Below are positions 50,512-60,463 of a stretch of 64,000 nt of DNA, in pieces; within the stretch, counting starts at the first letter, position 1; each line of letters opens with the position of its first letter. Origin of the DNA: an uncultured Chthonomonadaceae bacterium (GTDB taxonomy: Bacteria > Armatimonadota > Chthonomonadetes > Chthonomonadales > Chthonomonadaceae); the NCBI GenBank assembly GCA_963835065.1, contig CAWIEK010000045.1:83804-147803 (forward strand), read 5' to 3'. The notes under the pieces are model-generated. The model had not been told where the DNA came from. It did no database searches and worked only from the letters and a program-made list of their open reading frames with translations. A program made the position numbers and the translations under genes.

Positions 50512-51405
50512 ATGCCAACCCGCTCCCGCCAATATGCGCCCTATCTGTTCGTCGCGCCGTTTTTGCTGACGTTCGTTGTTTTCGGGCTGTACCCGATTGT
50601 GAAAAGCCTGTCGCTGTCGCTGTATGCCACGAACGGGCCGCGCGATCATGTGTACGTCGGCCTGAGCAACTACGCCTTTATTCTGCATGACCCGGATTTT
50701 CATACGGCCCTGTGGAATACGGCTCATTATGCGTTCTGGTCGGTGTTCTTGCAGTTGCCGCTTGCGCTGGGATTGGCGATATTTCTCAATCAGGCGTGGC
50801 TGAAGGGACGGGCGTTCTGGCGGTTCGCGTTCTTTTCGCCGCATCTGGTCGGGCAGGCGTTTGTGGCCGTGCTGTTCGGAGCGCTATACGCGCCCAAATA
50901 CGGGATGGTGAACCAAACGCTGCACGGAGCCATTCCGCGCTTTTCTCTGGAAACCAAGTGGCTTTCCAATCCTGCCCTTGTAATGCCCGCGCTGGTTCTC
51001 ACCTCGCTGTGGATGTACGTCGGCTTCAACATGATTTATTTTCTGGCCGCGCTGCAATCGGTGGATTTGGAATTGTACGAAGCCGCCCGCATTGACGGCG
51101 CGAACGGCTGGAACCAATTTCGCGCCGTGACCTTGCCGGGAATCAAGCCCGTCGCCGTGTTCGTGCTGATAACCGCCACCATCGGCTCGTTCCAATTGTT
51201 CGAACTGCCCTACATCCTGCTCAACAACTCCGCCGGCCCGAACAAGGCCGGATTAACGATTGTCATGTACCTGTACAACAACGGCTTTATCAGCGGCGAT
51301 TTGGGGCTTGCGTCCGCGATTGGCTGGACTTTGGCGCTCGGCGTCCTGATTGTCAGCCTGTTCCAACTGCGCGTCACCGGCGCATGGAAAACGGAGGGCG
51401 CATGA
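50512..51405 (+). CDS. Carbohydrate ABC transporter permease
   Basis: LYEAARIDGANGWNQF EAA loop. Confidence 0.95.
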   Translation: MPTRSRQYAPYLFVAPFLLTFVVFGLYPIVKSLSLSLYATNGPRDHVYVGLSNYAFILHDPDFHTALWNTAHYAFWSVFLQLPLALGLAIFLNQAWLKGRAFWRFAFFSPHLVGQAFVAVLFGALYAPKYGMVNQTLHGAIPRFSLETKWLSNPALVMPALVLTSLWMYVGFNMIYFLAALQSVDLELYEAARIDGANGWNQFRAVTLPGIKPVAVFVLITATIGSFQLFELPYILLNNSAGPNKAGLTIVMYLYNNGFISGDLGLASAIGWTLALGVLIVSLFQLRVTGAWKTEGA

Positions 51406-52265
51406 AGCCCAGAAACATCATCCACAACCCTATGCTAAATCGCAAAAACACTGCCGCCGTATCTCGTTTCGGCTTTTACATTCTGCTGACCGCGTTTGCG
51501 CTTGTCGTGCTGACGCCGCTTATCTGGCTGATTGCCGCCACGACCAAAAGCGACGCCGACCAGTTCCATTACCTGTTTTTCGCGCCGCATTGGACGGGCG
51601 AAAACTTTGTCAAGCTGGCGCAGAAATCCGATATGCTGCCGCGCGGCCTGTTCAACAGCGCGTTTCTGGCAAGCAGCATTGTGATCGTGCAGTTGTTTTT
51701 CAGTTCGCTGGCCGGGTTCGCGCTTGCCAAGTATGAGTTTCGGGGCAAACGCGCCCTTGTCGTCCTGATGCTGGCAACCCTGATGATTCCCGGACAGTTG
51801 ACGATGGCTCCGATGTACGAACTGCTGAACCATTTGGGACTAGTGGACACGCATCTTGGCCTGATTATTCCCGGCGCGGTCAGCGTGTTCGGCATCTTTT
51901 TGTTCCGGCAATCCATCGTGCAGGTTCCCGACGAACTCTTGCAGGCCGCGCGCATGGACGGATGTTCCGAATTTCGGATTTATTGGGATGTGGTCATGCC
52001 GATTTCGCGTCCCATGATCGGCGCGTTCAGCCTGATGAGTTTTATGGGCACGTGGAACAGCTTTTTGTGGCCGCAAATCATGCTGCACCGCAAGGAATTG
52101 TTCACGCTGCCCATTGCGCTCAATCAACTGCGCGGCGCGTATGACAACGAAATAGGCATGTTGATGGCCGGAACTCTTATCAGCGTGGTTCCTGTCGTGG
52201 TTCTGTTTCTCGCGCTGCAAAGGGAGTTTATGGCGGGTTTAACGGCAGGAGCCGTGAAGGGTTGA
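51402..52265 (+). CDS. Carbohydrate ABC transporter permease
   Basis: PDELLQAARMDGCSEFRI, WNSFLWP, GLTAGAVKG. Confidence 0.95.
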   Translation: MKPRNIIHNPMLNRKNTAAVSRFGFYILLTAFALVVLTPLIWLIAATTKSDADQFHYLFFAPHWTGENFVKLAQKSDMLPRGLFNSAFLASSIVIVQLFFSSLAGFALAKYEFRGKRALVVLMLATLMIPGQLTMAPMYELLNHLGLVDTHLGLIIPGAVSVFGIFLFRQSIVQVPDELLQAARMDGCSEFRIYWDVVMPISRPMIGAFSLMSFMGTWNSFLWPQIMLHRKELFTLPIALNQLRGAYDNEIGMLMAGTLISVVPVVVLFLALQREFMAGLTAGAVKG

Positions 52266-52438
52266 GGGTTGACAGTTGAAGGGTGAGCGACAGTCCAATT
52301 ATGCAGCCAGCAGCTTTCAATCAGCCACTTTAGTGTCTTGGTGGTGAAGAGGCACAGAAAAAATAAGGCAGGTACGGGTCCACTTCATCACGAACCTACC
52401 TTTGATAAAACCATTCAATGCGAAGGAGACAATTTACA

Positions 52439-53470
52439 ATGGCGTTAAAAGTGGCCGTAATCGGCTGTGGCGGCATCGGCAACACGCACGGACCTATTTA
52501 TCTGAAGCACCCGCTTTCCGAACTGCTCGGCTATTGCGACATCAATCAGGAGCGGGCCGACAAATCCGCTGCCCGCGACGGCGTGAAGAAGTGGTACAGC
52601 GTTCAGGAAATGCTGTCCGACGTGGGCAAGGAACTCGACGCGGTTTCGGTCTGCTCGGCGGGCGCGGACAACGGCGGCGACCACTATCCGCCTACAATGG
52701 AGTGCCTGAACGCCGGCCTGCACGTTCTGGGCGAAAAGCCCATCAGCAACAACATCGAACACGCGCGGGAAATGGTGGCGACGGCGAAAGCCAAAAGTGT
52801 GTACTACGGCATCAATCTCAACCACCGCTTCACGCCGCCGACCGCCAAAGCCAAAGAGTGGCTGACGGAAGGCAAATTGGGAACGCCCCTGCTGATGAAC
52901 ATGACCATGTGGATCGGCAATCCCAACGAGACCTCGCCCTGGTTCCACATCCGCGCCCTGCACCCGCACAGCCTGGATATTATGCGCTACTTTTGCGGCA
53001 ATGCCCAGAAAGTGCAGGCGTTTTTCAACCGCGCGCCCCGCGAGGACGGGCCGGACGGCAAGCGCGTGTGCTGGTCCAACGCGCAGGTCAACATCCTGTT
53101 CCAAAACGGCGTTGTCGGGCATTTGACCGGCAGCTACGACGCCAACCCCGCGCACAATCTGGAACGCTGCGAGCTGATGGGCACGGAAGGCCGCTTCGTG
53201 CTGGAAAATCTCTTCGAGGAACTGACCCTCTATCCGCGCCGCAGCCAGGAATTGACGGTCGTGCGCAACAGCATCATGGGCGGCATGACAGGCTTCGGCC
53301 AGACGTTCGACAAGCGCATCGCCCGCTGGCTGGAACAAATCAGCGCCAAGGTTCCCCGCGAAGAAATCGAAGCCAGTGGCGAGGACGGCCTTGCCGTGCA
53401 GGAAATCATCGAAGCCGCCAAAACCAGTTGGGAAGAAAACCGCGTGGTAGATGTGCCGATGGTTGGTTGA
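52439..53470 (+). CDS. Gfo/Idh/MocA oxidoreductase
   Basis: VAVIGCGGIG, HVLGEKP. Confidence 0.92.
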   Translation: MALKVAVIGCGGIGNTHGPIYLKHPLSELLGYCDINQERADKSAARDGVKKWYSVQEMLSDVGKELDAVSVCSAGADNGGDHYPPTMECLNAGLHVLGEKPISNNIEHAREMVATAKAKSVYYGINLNHRFTPPTAKAKEWLTEGKLGTPLLMNMTMWIGNPNETSPWFHIRALHPHSLDIMRYFCGNAQKVQAFFNRAPREDGPDGKRVCWSNAQVNILFQNGVVGHLTGSYDANPAHNLERCELMGTEGRFVLENLFEELTLYPRRSQELTVVRNSIMGGMTGFGQTFDKRIARWLEQISAKVPREEIEASGEDGLAVQEIIEAAKTSWEENRVVDVPMVG

Positions 53471-53534
53471 GAGTTGAGAGTTCTTTAGTTGATAGTTGAT
53501 AGTCGTTGGTTGATAGCGGTAGAGGTGAACCAAT

Positions 53535-54308
53535 ATGAGCGTTCTGGAAATTCAAGGTGAAGAACCTGATGAGTTTGACGAGGATGAGGAAGAAGAGGAA
53601 GACACGGATGTAGAGCGGTGGCGGATGAACCGCGATCAGTATCATCATGCCGGCAGATTGGGCTGGTTCAATGATAATGAAAAAGTCGAACTTCTGGATG
53701 GCGCTGTGTATTACAAATACATCGGCAAAGAGCGCGGTTGGACGCGCAAGGAGTACGACCAGGCGGCAAAACTCGGCTGGTTCGACGGGCAGCGCGTGGA
53801 ACTCATCAAGGGAAAGGTATACGTCAAAGTGCCGCAAAACCCACCGCACGTCAACTGCATCGAAGATGGCGGCAACTACCTGATCGCTTTGCTTGGTTCC
53901 GGTTATCGCGTTCGCCGCCAGAGTCCGCTTCCGCTGCCTACCGACGGCGTTCCCGAACCCGATATTCTGGTCGTCCGAGGTTCGCAGCAGGATTTTCTCA
54001 ATCGCCATCCGCGCCCGGATGAAGTAGTAATTTTGATTGAAGTTAGCGACACCACGCTGCATTACGATCAAACACTGAAGGCGGCTATGTATGCGGAAGC
54101 GGGGCTTGACGATTACTGGCTGCTCAACATCAACAACCGAACGCTCGAAGTGCGCCGCGATCCCACTCCCCTTCCGTCCAATCCGGCGGCGCATGCGTAT
54201 CAAAGCGTCACCATTTACACCGAACCCGATAGCGCAGTGCCCTTGCATCTGCCGCAAATTCACATTCCGGTTGCAAATCTGCTTCCGCCGCTTGCCAGCC
54301 GCGAATAA
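53535..54308 (+). CDS. Uma2 (DUF820) endonuclease with duplicated N-terminal module
   Basis: PEPDILVV, LIEVSDTTLHYD, KAAMYAEAG..DYWLLN. Confidence 0.9.
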   Translation: MSVLEIQGEEPDEFDEDEEEEEDTDVERWRMNRDQYHHAGRLGWFNDNEKVELLDGAVYYKYIGKERGWTRKEYDQAAKLGWFDGQRVELIKGKVYVKVPQNPPHVNCIEDGGNYLIALLGSGYRVRRQSPLPLPTDGVPEPDILVVRGSQQDFLNRHPRPDEVVILIEVSDTTLHYDQTLKAAMYAEAGLDDYWLLNINNRTLEVRRDPTPLPSNPAAHAYQSVTIYTEPDSAVPLHLPQIHIPVANLLPPLASRE

Positions 54309-54414
54309 ACGTAAACTTCGGCAAAGAACAAAACCGCGTTTTCGCAAACAAGGCAATTCTTCTGCTGGCTTGAAGCGCCAGAGAAAGAATTACCTTGTTT
54401 TAACAGCAACGGCG

Positions 54415-54756
54415 TCAGGTTTTTTGCCAGAATGTGAGGATGCAGCCGCCTGCAACGATCAGCGCGCCGCCGACCCATACGGACGGCTGAAGTTTTTCCT
54501 TGAAGACAAGCACGGCAAGCAGTTGGGACACGACGAAGAAGAGGCTGATGTAAATGCCCATCAGTTTGCCGAAGTCCAGATTGGCAAGGTTGACGATCAG
54601 GCCGTAGCTGACAAGCAAAACGATGCCGATGCCAAAGCCTGCGCGCCTGCCTTGCAGTCCGGCCCGCATCCCCGCGTCACCCCCGACTTCCAGCAGCGCA
54701 GCCACAATCAGCAGCGCCACAAGACGGCTCAACGCTTTCCACGAACCTACTGCCAT
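54415..54756 (-). CDS. Small 4-TM SMR/YnfA-like membrane protein
   Basis: AALLEVGGDA, FGKLMGIYISLFF, GGALIVAGG. Confidence 0.8.
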   Translation of the reverse strand: MAVGSWKALSRLVALLIVAALLEVGGDAGMRAGLQGRRAGFGIGIVLLVSYGLIVNLANLDFGKLMGIYISLFFVVSQLLAVLVFKEKLQPSVWVGGALIVAGGCILTFWQKT

Positions 54757-54800
54757 GCTGCCACCTTCCCAAACGAAACCTTCTGCCTGCCATTACTGCG

Positions 54801-55409
54801 TCACGCCAGATTGTTCCCGGCGGACGCGCCTACCCATTGTTCGACGGGCGTTGTATCTGCGCCTGCTGCGGCACTGAACAAAGTTTTCTGCTCCTGAAGA
54901 AACGTCGTTGGCTGATCGGAAAATCGTGCCGTTTCCTGCTCCTGATCCGGTTCATGGAAAGCGCGTACCAATTGCTCGGCGGGTGTTGTATTAGCGCTTG
55001 TGGCGGCGCGCAACAGCACAGTTTTTTGCTCCTGTACCGGCTGGTTGGAAGCGCGTACCAAGCTTTCTCTGACAGGCAAGTTCCCGATGTTGCCGCGCGT
55101 GAGCGGAACGCCCGCGTCTATTTCCCTGGCTTCCCGAACCGCGCGCCTGCCAAGACGAATCAGGAAAATTGCGCCGCTGCCAAGCAAACCTGTGATGACG
55201 AACATTAGCAGGCTGAGCCGCAAAGGGAGGCGGTGTGCCAACACGTCGGAAGTCATTTCAGTCAGAATCCCAATTGACATCAGCCCCGCCACAAGGCTAA
55301 TGACAAACAGCACAATACCTGCAGAAGCCGTAGACGCTTTCCTGCCCATGTTTCTGGCATACGCTTTTTTGGATACGACGCGCTTTCTTGGTCTATTTTC
55401 CTGAATCAT
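54801..55409 (-). CDS. Two-TM protein with triple L[LV]RA tail plus a partial tail duplication
   Basis: KRVVSKKAY, two TM helices, GVPLTRGN..LP..ESLVRAS..VLLRAA..QLVRA. Confidence 0.8.
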   Translation of the reverse strand: MIQENRPRKRVVSKKAYARNMGRKASTASAGIVLFVISLVAGLMSIGILTEMTSDVLAHRLPLRLSLLMFVITGLLGSGAIFLIRLGRRAVREAREIDAGVPLTRGNIGNLPVRESLVRASNQPVQEQKTVLLRAATSANTTPAEQLVRAFHEPDQEQETARFSDQPTTFLQEQKTLFSAAAGADTTPVEQWVGASAGNNLA

Positions 55410-55489
55410 GCGCTGTCTCCATAACCTCATCCCTTGCCCTCTCAATTTAGAAGAAGGTATGAGGATGAGGATTTCAACTACGTACAAGA

Positions 55490-57475
55490 TTACTCCGGGC
55501 GGGCGGCCAGCGTGACGTTGAGTTTCAGGATCGCGTCGCCGCGCTTGACTTCGATTTGAACCGTGTCGCCGGGGCGGCAGTCTTGAAGCGCATACGTGTA
55601 ATCGTATACGTTCTTGATGGTGCGCTCGCCGAACTTTACAATGATGTCGCCGGCCTTTAATCCCGCTTTTTCCGCCGGGCTGCCTTCGCGGACGCCGTTG
55701 AGTTGTACGCCAACCACATTGGCAGCGTAATCCGGCACACTGCCGAAGTACACGCGCAGGCCGCTCGAAGGCGCAGTCGGCAGGGTAATGCGCTGGAATG
55801 TTGGGCGTTCGGGGTTGTTGGCGATGCGGGTGGCGCAATCGGCGACAAGCTGCAAGACTTTCGACTCGCCTTCCGCGTTAATCAGGTCAACGGTGTCTTC
55901 GGGAGTGTGGTACTGCGAATGGGTTCCCGTGAAGAAGAACAGCACAGGTACGTTTTTGGTATAAAACGACTGCTGATCGCTGGCTCCAAACCCACTCTCG
56001 CTTTTGCCCAACGCGAACCCCGCGCTTTTGTTCACATCGTCGAGCAGGCTGTCCCATTCTTTGGCCGTACCGCTGCCGATAACCGTTAATTTGTTGTCGC
56101 GCAGCCGCCCGATCATATCCATATTCAGCATGGCAACCGTTTTATCCAGAGGCACAATCGGATGCTTGGCGTACCAGTCCGAGCCGAGCAGTCCCAATTC
56201 CTCGCCGCTGAAGCACATGAACACGAGGCTGCGCTTGGGGCGAGTTGATAGTTGATAGTTGATAGTTGATAGGCGGCTGCCTTCTGTCTTCTGTTCTTTT
56301 CTCTTTTCCCTTTTCCCTTTTCCCTCACTGAAGTATCTTGCCAACTCCATTACGCCTGCCGCGCCGCTGGCGTTGTCGTCGGCTCCGTGATGGATGGCGG
56401 GCGCAGAGGATTTGGCGAGCGAGCCTGCGCCGCCCATGCCCAGGTGGTCTACGTGCGCGCCGATCACGATGTACTCGTTTTTGAGTACAGGGTCGCTGCC
56501 TTCGATCATGCCGATGACATTAGCCGTGACTTTTTCCACCTTCTTCACGTCCACCTGCGCCTGCGCAATGGTATCCAATGCCGCCGAAACGTTCTTGCCG
56601 TCATTGGCGTCCTGCTGCAAGGTGTTCAGGTTTTTGCCCGCGCTTTGCAGCAGGGCTTCGGCGGCGTTACGGCGCAGGCGCAGCACGGGAATACCGGCAT
56701 CGGAAACGTTGTCGAAATTGGTTCGGGAGTTCGCCTGTGCTTCGGGCGCATTGGGCAGGATGACGAGGACGGCTTTTGCTCCCAGGTCGCGGGCCTGCGT
56801 CGCTTTGGGGTAGATTTCCGCGTAATCGGCAAGCGGGCTGTGCGGATCATCCTTGGGGCTTCCCGCCAGCAGCACCACAACGCTGTCTTTCACATCTATG
56901 CCGTCGTAATCGTCGTGATTGGCTTTCGGCGCGTGGATGCCGTAGCCGACAAACACGATTTTGCCTTCCACGCTCCCCGAACCGGAAATACTCGACGGCT
57001 CAAAGTTCATTCCCGGTTTGAGGATTACTTTTACGCCGCCGTTTTTGCCTGGATAGTGAAAGGTGAGATGGTTGTTTTTGCCGACTACGCGCCCGGCCAC
57101 AAAGGAAAACGGCTGGAAGTAGCCGCTCCCGTCCGGCGCGGCTTTCGGGTCGCGCTGTTTGGCGGTTCCCAGCGGCTTCAGGCCATTGCGGGCAAATTCC
57201 TGCGCGACGAATTGCGCGGCCTTGTCGTTGCCCGGTTCCCCGCTGCCACGACCGCGCAGTTCGTCCGAAGCCAGGTAGCCGATTTCGCTTTTTATCACGT
57301 CGGGCGCGAACACAGCGGGCGTGGTTTTCGCATCCACCTTCGGCTTGGCGGTCTTATCCCATGCCAATAGCGGCGGAGCTGCTAAAACCAATGTTGTAAA
57401 TGCGAACGCCGCGAACGCAGATACAGGACGCGCGTCGAAGCGACGCAGTAGGAAAGAGTAAGGCTTGATTTTCAT
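55490..57475 (-). CDS. M28 family peptidase with PA and PDZ domains
   Basis: YLASDELRGR, GAHVDHLG, GADDNASG, GEELGLLGS, NMDMIGR, C-terminal PDZ. Confidence 0.93.
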   Translation of the reverse strand: MKIKPYSFLLRRFDARPVSAFAAFAFTTLVLAAPPLLAWDKTAKPKVDAKTTPAVFAPDVIKSEIGYLASDELRGRGSGEPGNDKAAQFVAQEFARNGLKPLGTAKQRDPKAAPDGSGYFQPFSFVAGRVVGKNNHLTFHYPGKNGGVKVILKPGMNFEPSSISGSGSVEGKIVFVGYGIHAPKANHDDYDGIDVKDSVVVLLAGSPKDDPHSPLADYAEIYPKATQARDLGAKAVLVILPNAPEAQANSRTNFDNVSDAGIPVLRLRRNAAEALLQSAGKNLNTLQQDANDGKNVSAALDTIAQAQVDVKKVEKVTANVIGMIEGSDPVLKNEYIVIGAHVDHLGMGGAGSLAKSSAPAIHHGADDNASGAAGVMELARYFSEGKGKREKRKEQKTEGSRLSTINYQLSTRPKRSLVFMCFSGEELGLLGSDWYAKHPIVPLDKTVAMLNMDMIGRLRDNKLTVIGSGTAKEWDSLLDDVNKSAGFALGKSESGFGASDQQSFYTKNVPVLFFFTGTHSQYHTPEDTVDLINAEGESKVLQLVADCATRIANNPERPTFQRITLPTAPSSGLRVYFGSVPDYAANVVGVQLNGVREGSPAEKAGLKAGDIIVKFGERTIKNVYDYTYALQDCRPGDTVQIEVKRGDAILKLNVTLAARPE

Positions 57476-57494
57476 AGTTTTTTCTCTAGCAACG

Positions 57495-58259
57495 TTACAT
57501 TTGCCAGTGGCGCAGGCGTTCGATGAGTGGATACGCCGTCATATCCAATTGTACGGGCGTGACGGAGATTTGGTTGTTCAGCACGGCGTGAACGTCGGAG
57601 CCGGGGTCGGGCACGTCCTCGCGGATGCTGCCGGCCAGCCAGTAATAAGGACGCCCGGTGGGGTCGTCGCGCGCCAGAATCCGGTCTACGTACTCGCGCC
57701 GTCCCTGATGCGTGATGACCACGCCCCGCAGTTGCTCGGCAGGCGCGAACGGCACGTTGACGTTGAGCAGCGTGTTGGGCGGGAGCGGGTCGGCATGCAC
57801 CTGCCGCGCCAGTTTCGCCACGAATTCGGCGGCAACGCTGAAATCCAGTTCCTGCCCCTCCACGCGCTTGAAAACAAGCGAAATGGCGATAGCGGGCAGG
57901 CCCAAAACCGCGCCTTCGAGCGCGGCGGCAACCGTGCCGCTGTATGTCAAATCCCAGCCTAAATTGGCTCCCGCATTGATGCCCGACACCACCAGGTCGC
58001 ACTTGCCGCCCATGACAATCTCGTGTCCGAGCGTAACGCAATCGGTCGGGGTGCCGCTTGTCGCAAACGCGGCCATGCCGTTGCTGAGTTTGGTGGGCGT
58101 GATGCGCAGGGGCTTGTGCAGGGTAATGGCGTGTCCTGCCGCGCTGCGCGGACGTTCGGGCGCAACCAGAAACACTTCGCCCAGCGCGTCCAGCGCCTGC
58201 CGCGCCGCCAGAATTCCCGGCGCGTGAACGCCGTCGTCATTGGTTAGCAAAATACGCAT
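57495..58259 (-). CDS. surE: 5'/3'-nucleotidase SurE
   Basis: MRILLTNDDG, SGTPTDCV, SGINAGANLG, YSGTVAAA. Confidence 0.97.
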   Translation of the reverse strand: MRILLTNDDGVHAPGILAARQALDALGEVFLVAPERPRSAAGHAITLHKPLRITPTKLSNGMAAFATSGTPTDCVTLGHEIVMGGKCDLVVSGINAGANLGWDLTYSGTVAAALEGAVLGLPAIAISLVFKRVEGQELDFSVAAEFVAKLARQVHADPLPPNTLLNVNVPFAPAEQLRGVVITHQGRREYVDRILARDDPTGRPYYWLAGSIREDVPDPGSDVHAVLNNQISVTPVQLDMTAYPLIERLRHWQM

Positions 58260-58541
58260 AATGAATGTTCTATCAGATACTTTATTGGATGCTCTTCAGA
58301 CGCTCTTGGCGAGTTTTCTTTCCATTTTTTGAATGATTGTGACACATGATTCGGCTATCCCTATATACGCTGCGCGGAAGCCGCGTTCCTGCGCTTCTTT
58401 TCCACAGGGATAGGCGCTTCTTTTCCGCAGGGATAAAGGAAGCCTGCCGCGTAATGGAGAATACTAATCAGGAACCATAAGAGAGTATCACAAATTTCTC
58501 TCACTCTCACTATCTTCACTCTCACTATTTCGGAGCGCCCT

Positions 58542-59561
58542 ATGACAGCACACGCCGCCACTGCAGTTCGTCCCGTTCGTATCGGTATTCTCTCGTTCGC
58601 GCACATGCATGCCGCCAGTTATGCCCAAAGCATCGTCATGCGCCCGGACACGCACCTCGTGGGCGTGGCCGACCATGACCCCGAACGGACGCAGCGCATG
58701 GCGCAGCAATTAGGCGTACAGGCGTTTGAAAGTTATGAGGCGCTGCTGGCCGCGCCCGATCTGGATGCGGTTGTCATCGGCAGCGAAAACGTCCGGCATC
58801 GCGAACTGACCGAAATGGCGGCAAGCGCGGGCAAGCACGTTTTATGCGAAAAGCCGCTTGCCACGACGGTTGCGGACGGCGAAGCCATGATAGCGGCCTG
58901 CAAAAACGCGGGCGTACAGCTCATGACCGCGTTTCCCTGCCGCTACTCGCCCGTGATGCTGCGCATGAAAGCCGCGCTGGAATCCGGGGATGCGGGCGAA
59001 ATCGTCGCCTTTCGGGGCACGAATCGGGGCCGCAATCCCAACGGCTGGTTTGTGGACAAAGCCCTGTCGGGCGGCGGCGCGACCATAGACCATACGGTTC
59101 ACGTCACGGATTTGATGCGCTGGATATTACGGGACGAGGTGAAGGAAGTGTACGCCGAAATCAGCAATGGCATCGGGCATCAGGAATTTGACGATGTTGG
59201 CTTTCTGTCGCTGACGTTTCAAAACGGGGTTTTCGGCACACTGGACGCGAGCTGGTCCCGGCCCAAATCGTTTCCAACGTGGGGTGATGTAACGCTGGAA
59301 GTGGTGACGGAGCGGGGTACGCTGTCACTGGATATGTTCGCGCAAAATCTGATCCTGTACTCGGACAAAACGCAAAGCGTGAACTGGTTCAACTGGGGCG
59401 GCAGCATGGACGACGGACTCGTCGGCGCGTTTGCCCATGCCATTGCCCATGACGAACCCGTTCCCATCACTGGCGAGGACGGCCTGCGCGCGCTGGAAGT
59501 CGCCCTCGCCGCCTACCGTTCCGCCGAGCAGATTGCGCCCGTCACGCTGCCCTTGCCCTGA
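58542..59561 (+). CDS. Gfo/Idh/MocA oxidoreductase
   Basis: GILSFAHMHA, HVLCEKPLA, GGATIDHTVH. Confidence 0.93.
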   Translation: MTAHAATAVRPVRIGILSFAHMHAASYAQSIVMRPDTHLVGVADHDPERTQRMAQQLGVQAFESYEALLAAPDLDAVVIGSENVRHRELTEMAASAGKHVLCEKPLATTVADGEAMIAACKNAGVQLMTAFPCRYSPVMLRMKAALESGDAGEIVAFRGTNRGRNPNGWFVDKALSGGGATIDHTVHVTDLMRWILRDEVKEVYAEISNGIGHQEFDDVGFLSLTFQNGVFGTLDASWSRPKSFPTWGDVTLEVVTERGTLSLDMFAQNLILYSDKTQSVNWFNWGGSMDDGLVGAFAHAIAHDEPVPITGEDGLRALEVALAAYRSAEQIAPVTLPLP

Positions 59562-59576
59562 CACTTACGAAACGCC

Positions 59577-60463
59577 ATGAACCAAACGCAATTTCAACAG
59601 GAACCGGAAACAACGCTGCCGCGCGCCGAATCACCACACACTTCGGAAACAGAAGATGCGGCAATGGCGTTGGAAGCGGGCGAAGCGCTGACGGAGCAAT
59701 CGGCAAGCGTAGAGAAATTGCTTGAAGCGCTGGAGCAGAACGCGCGCAAACGTCAGAAATTGAAAGGCAACATCTCGACTGTTTACGCAATCGGCGCAAT
59801 TATCTATTTGCTCTTGATGGTGGCAGGCTGGATCTTTGACACGATATTGTCCAAGGAAATTATTACTGTCTTCTGTTTATAATAAACGCTTTTGGATGAA
59901 TGCTTGGGACGTTTCTATTGGATAGAAAATCAGCCGCGAAGCTGACAAAATTGGATGACCTGCGCTGCATTGGACTGCTCATAGAAATATGGAATCCGCA
60001 GGGGCATGTTGGTTACAGCAAAAATATGCGCAAGCAGGCGGAAACTGCGCTGATACGGCTGCTGCCGCGCTTGAAAGCCAGTGATGCGCCTTTGCTGAAA
60101 GAACATCAGCGCGTCATTCTGCGCGCTGTCCTCGACATGCAAGGTTATAAAGAGTGGGGGCGATACCATGATACGCGGATTTTGTTCGCCATACTGACAG
60201 CGCTCACGGAGGTCGGAGATTGGAAAAGCGCGCCGGGAGTTTTGAAACTGTCGCTGTCGCAACGCAATCCTCAATTGCGTGATGCGGCAGCGGAGTGCCT
60301 GCCATTCCTACAAGACTTGGCGGAAAAACAAGCCGTTGGCGCATCGCTGCTGCGCGCATCCAGTGCGGCAGCAATCGCCAACCCCGCTCCCGAAATCCTG
60401 TTGCGTCCCGCCGCGCCTGCTACAGACGCACAGCCACATACTCTATTGCGCCCCACCGAATGA
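59577..60463 (+). CDS. Membrane protein with HEAT-like helices and triple LLR[AP] tail; frameshift ~59880
   Basis: ORFs 59577-59882 and 59900-60463 share the architecture of 13545-14438 (LIRLLPRL...AAAECL...SLLRAS..ILLRP..TLLRP). Confidence 0.7.
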
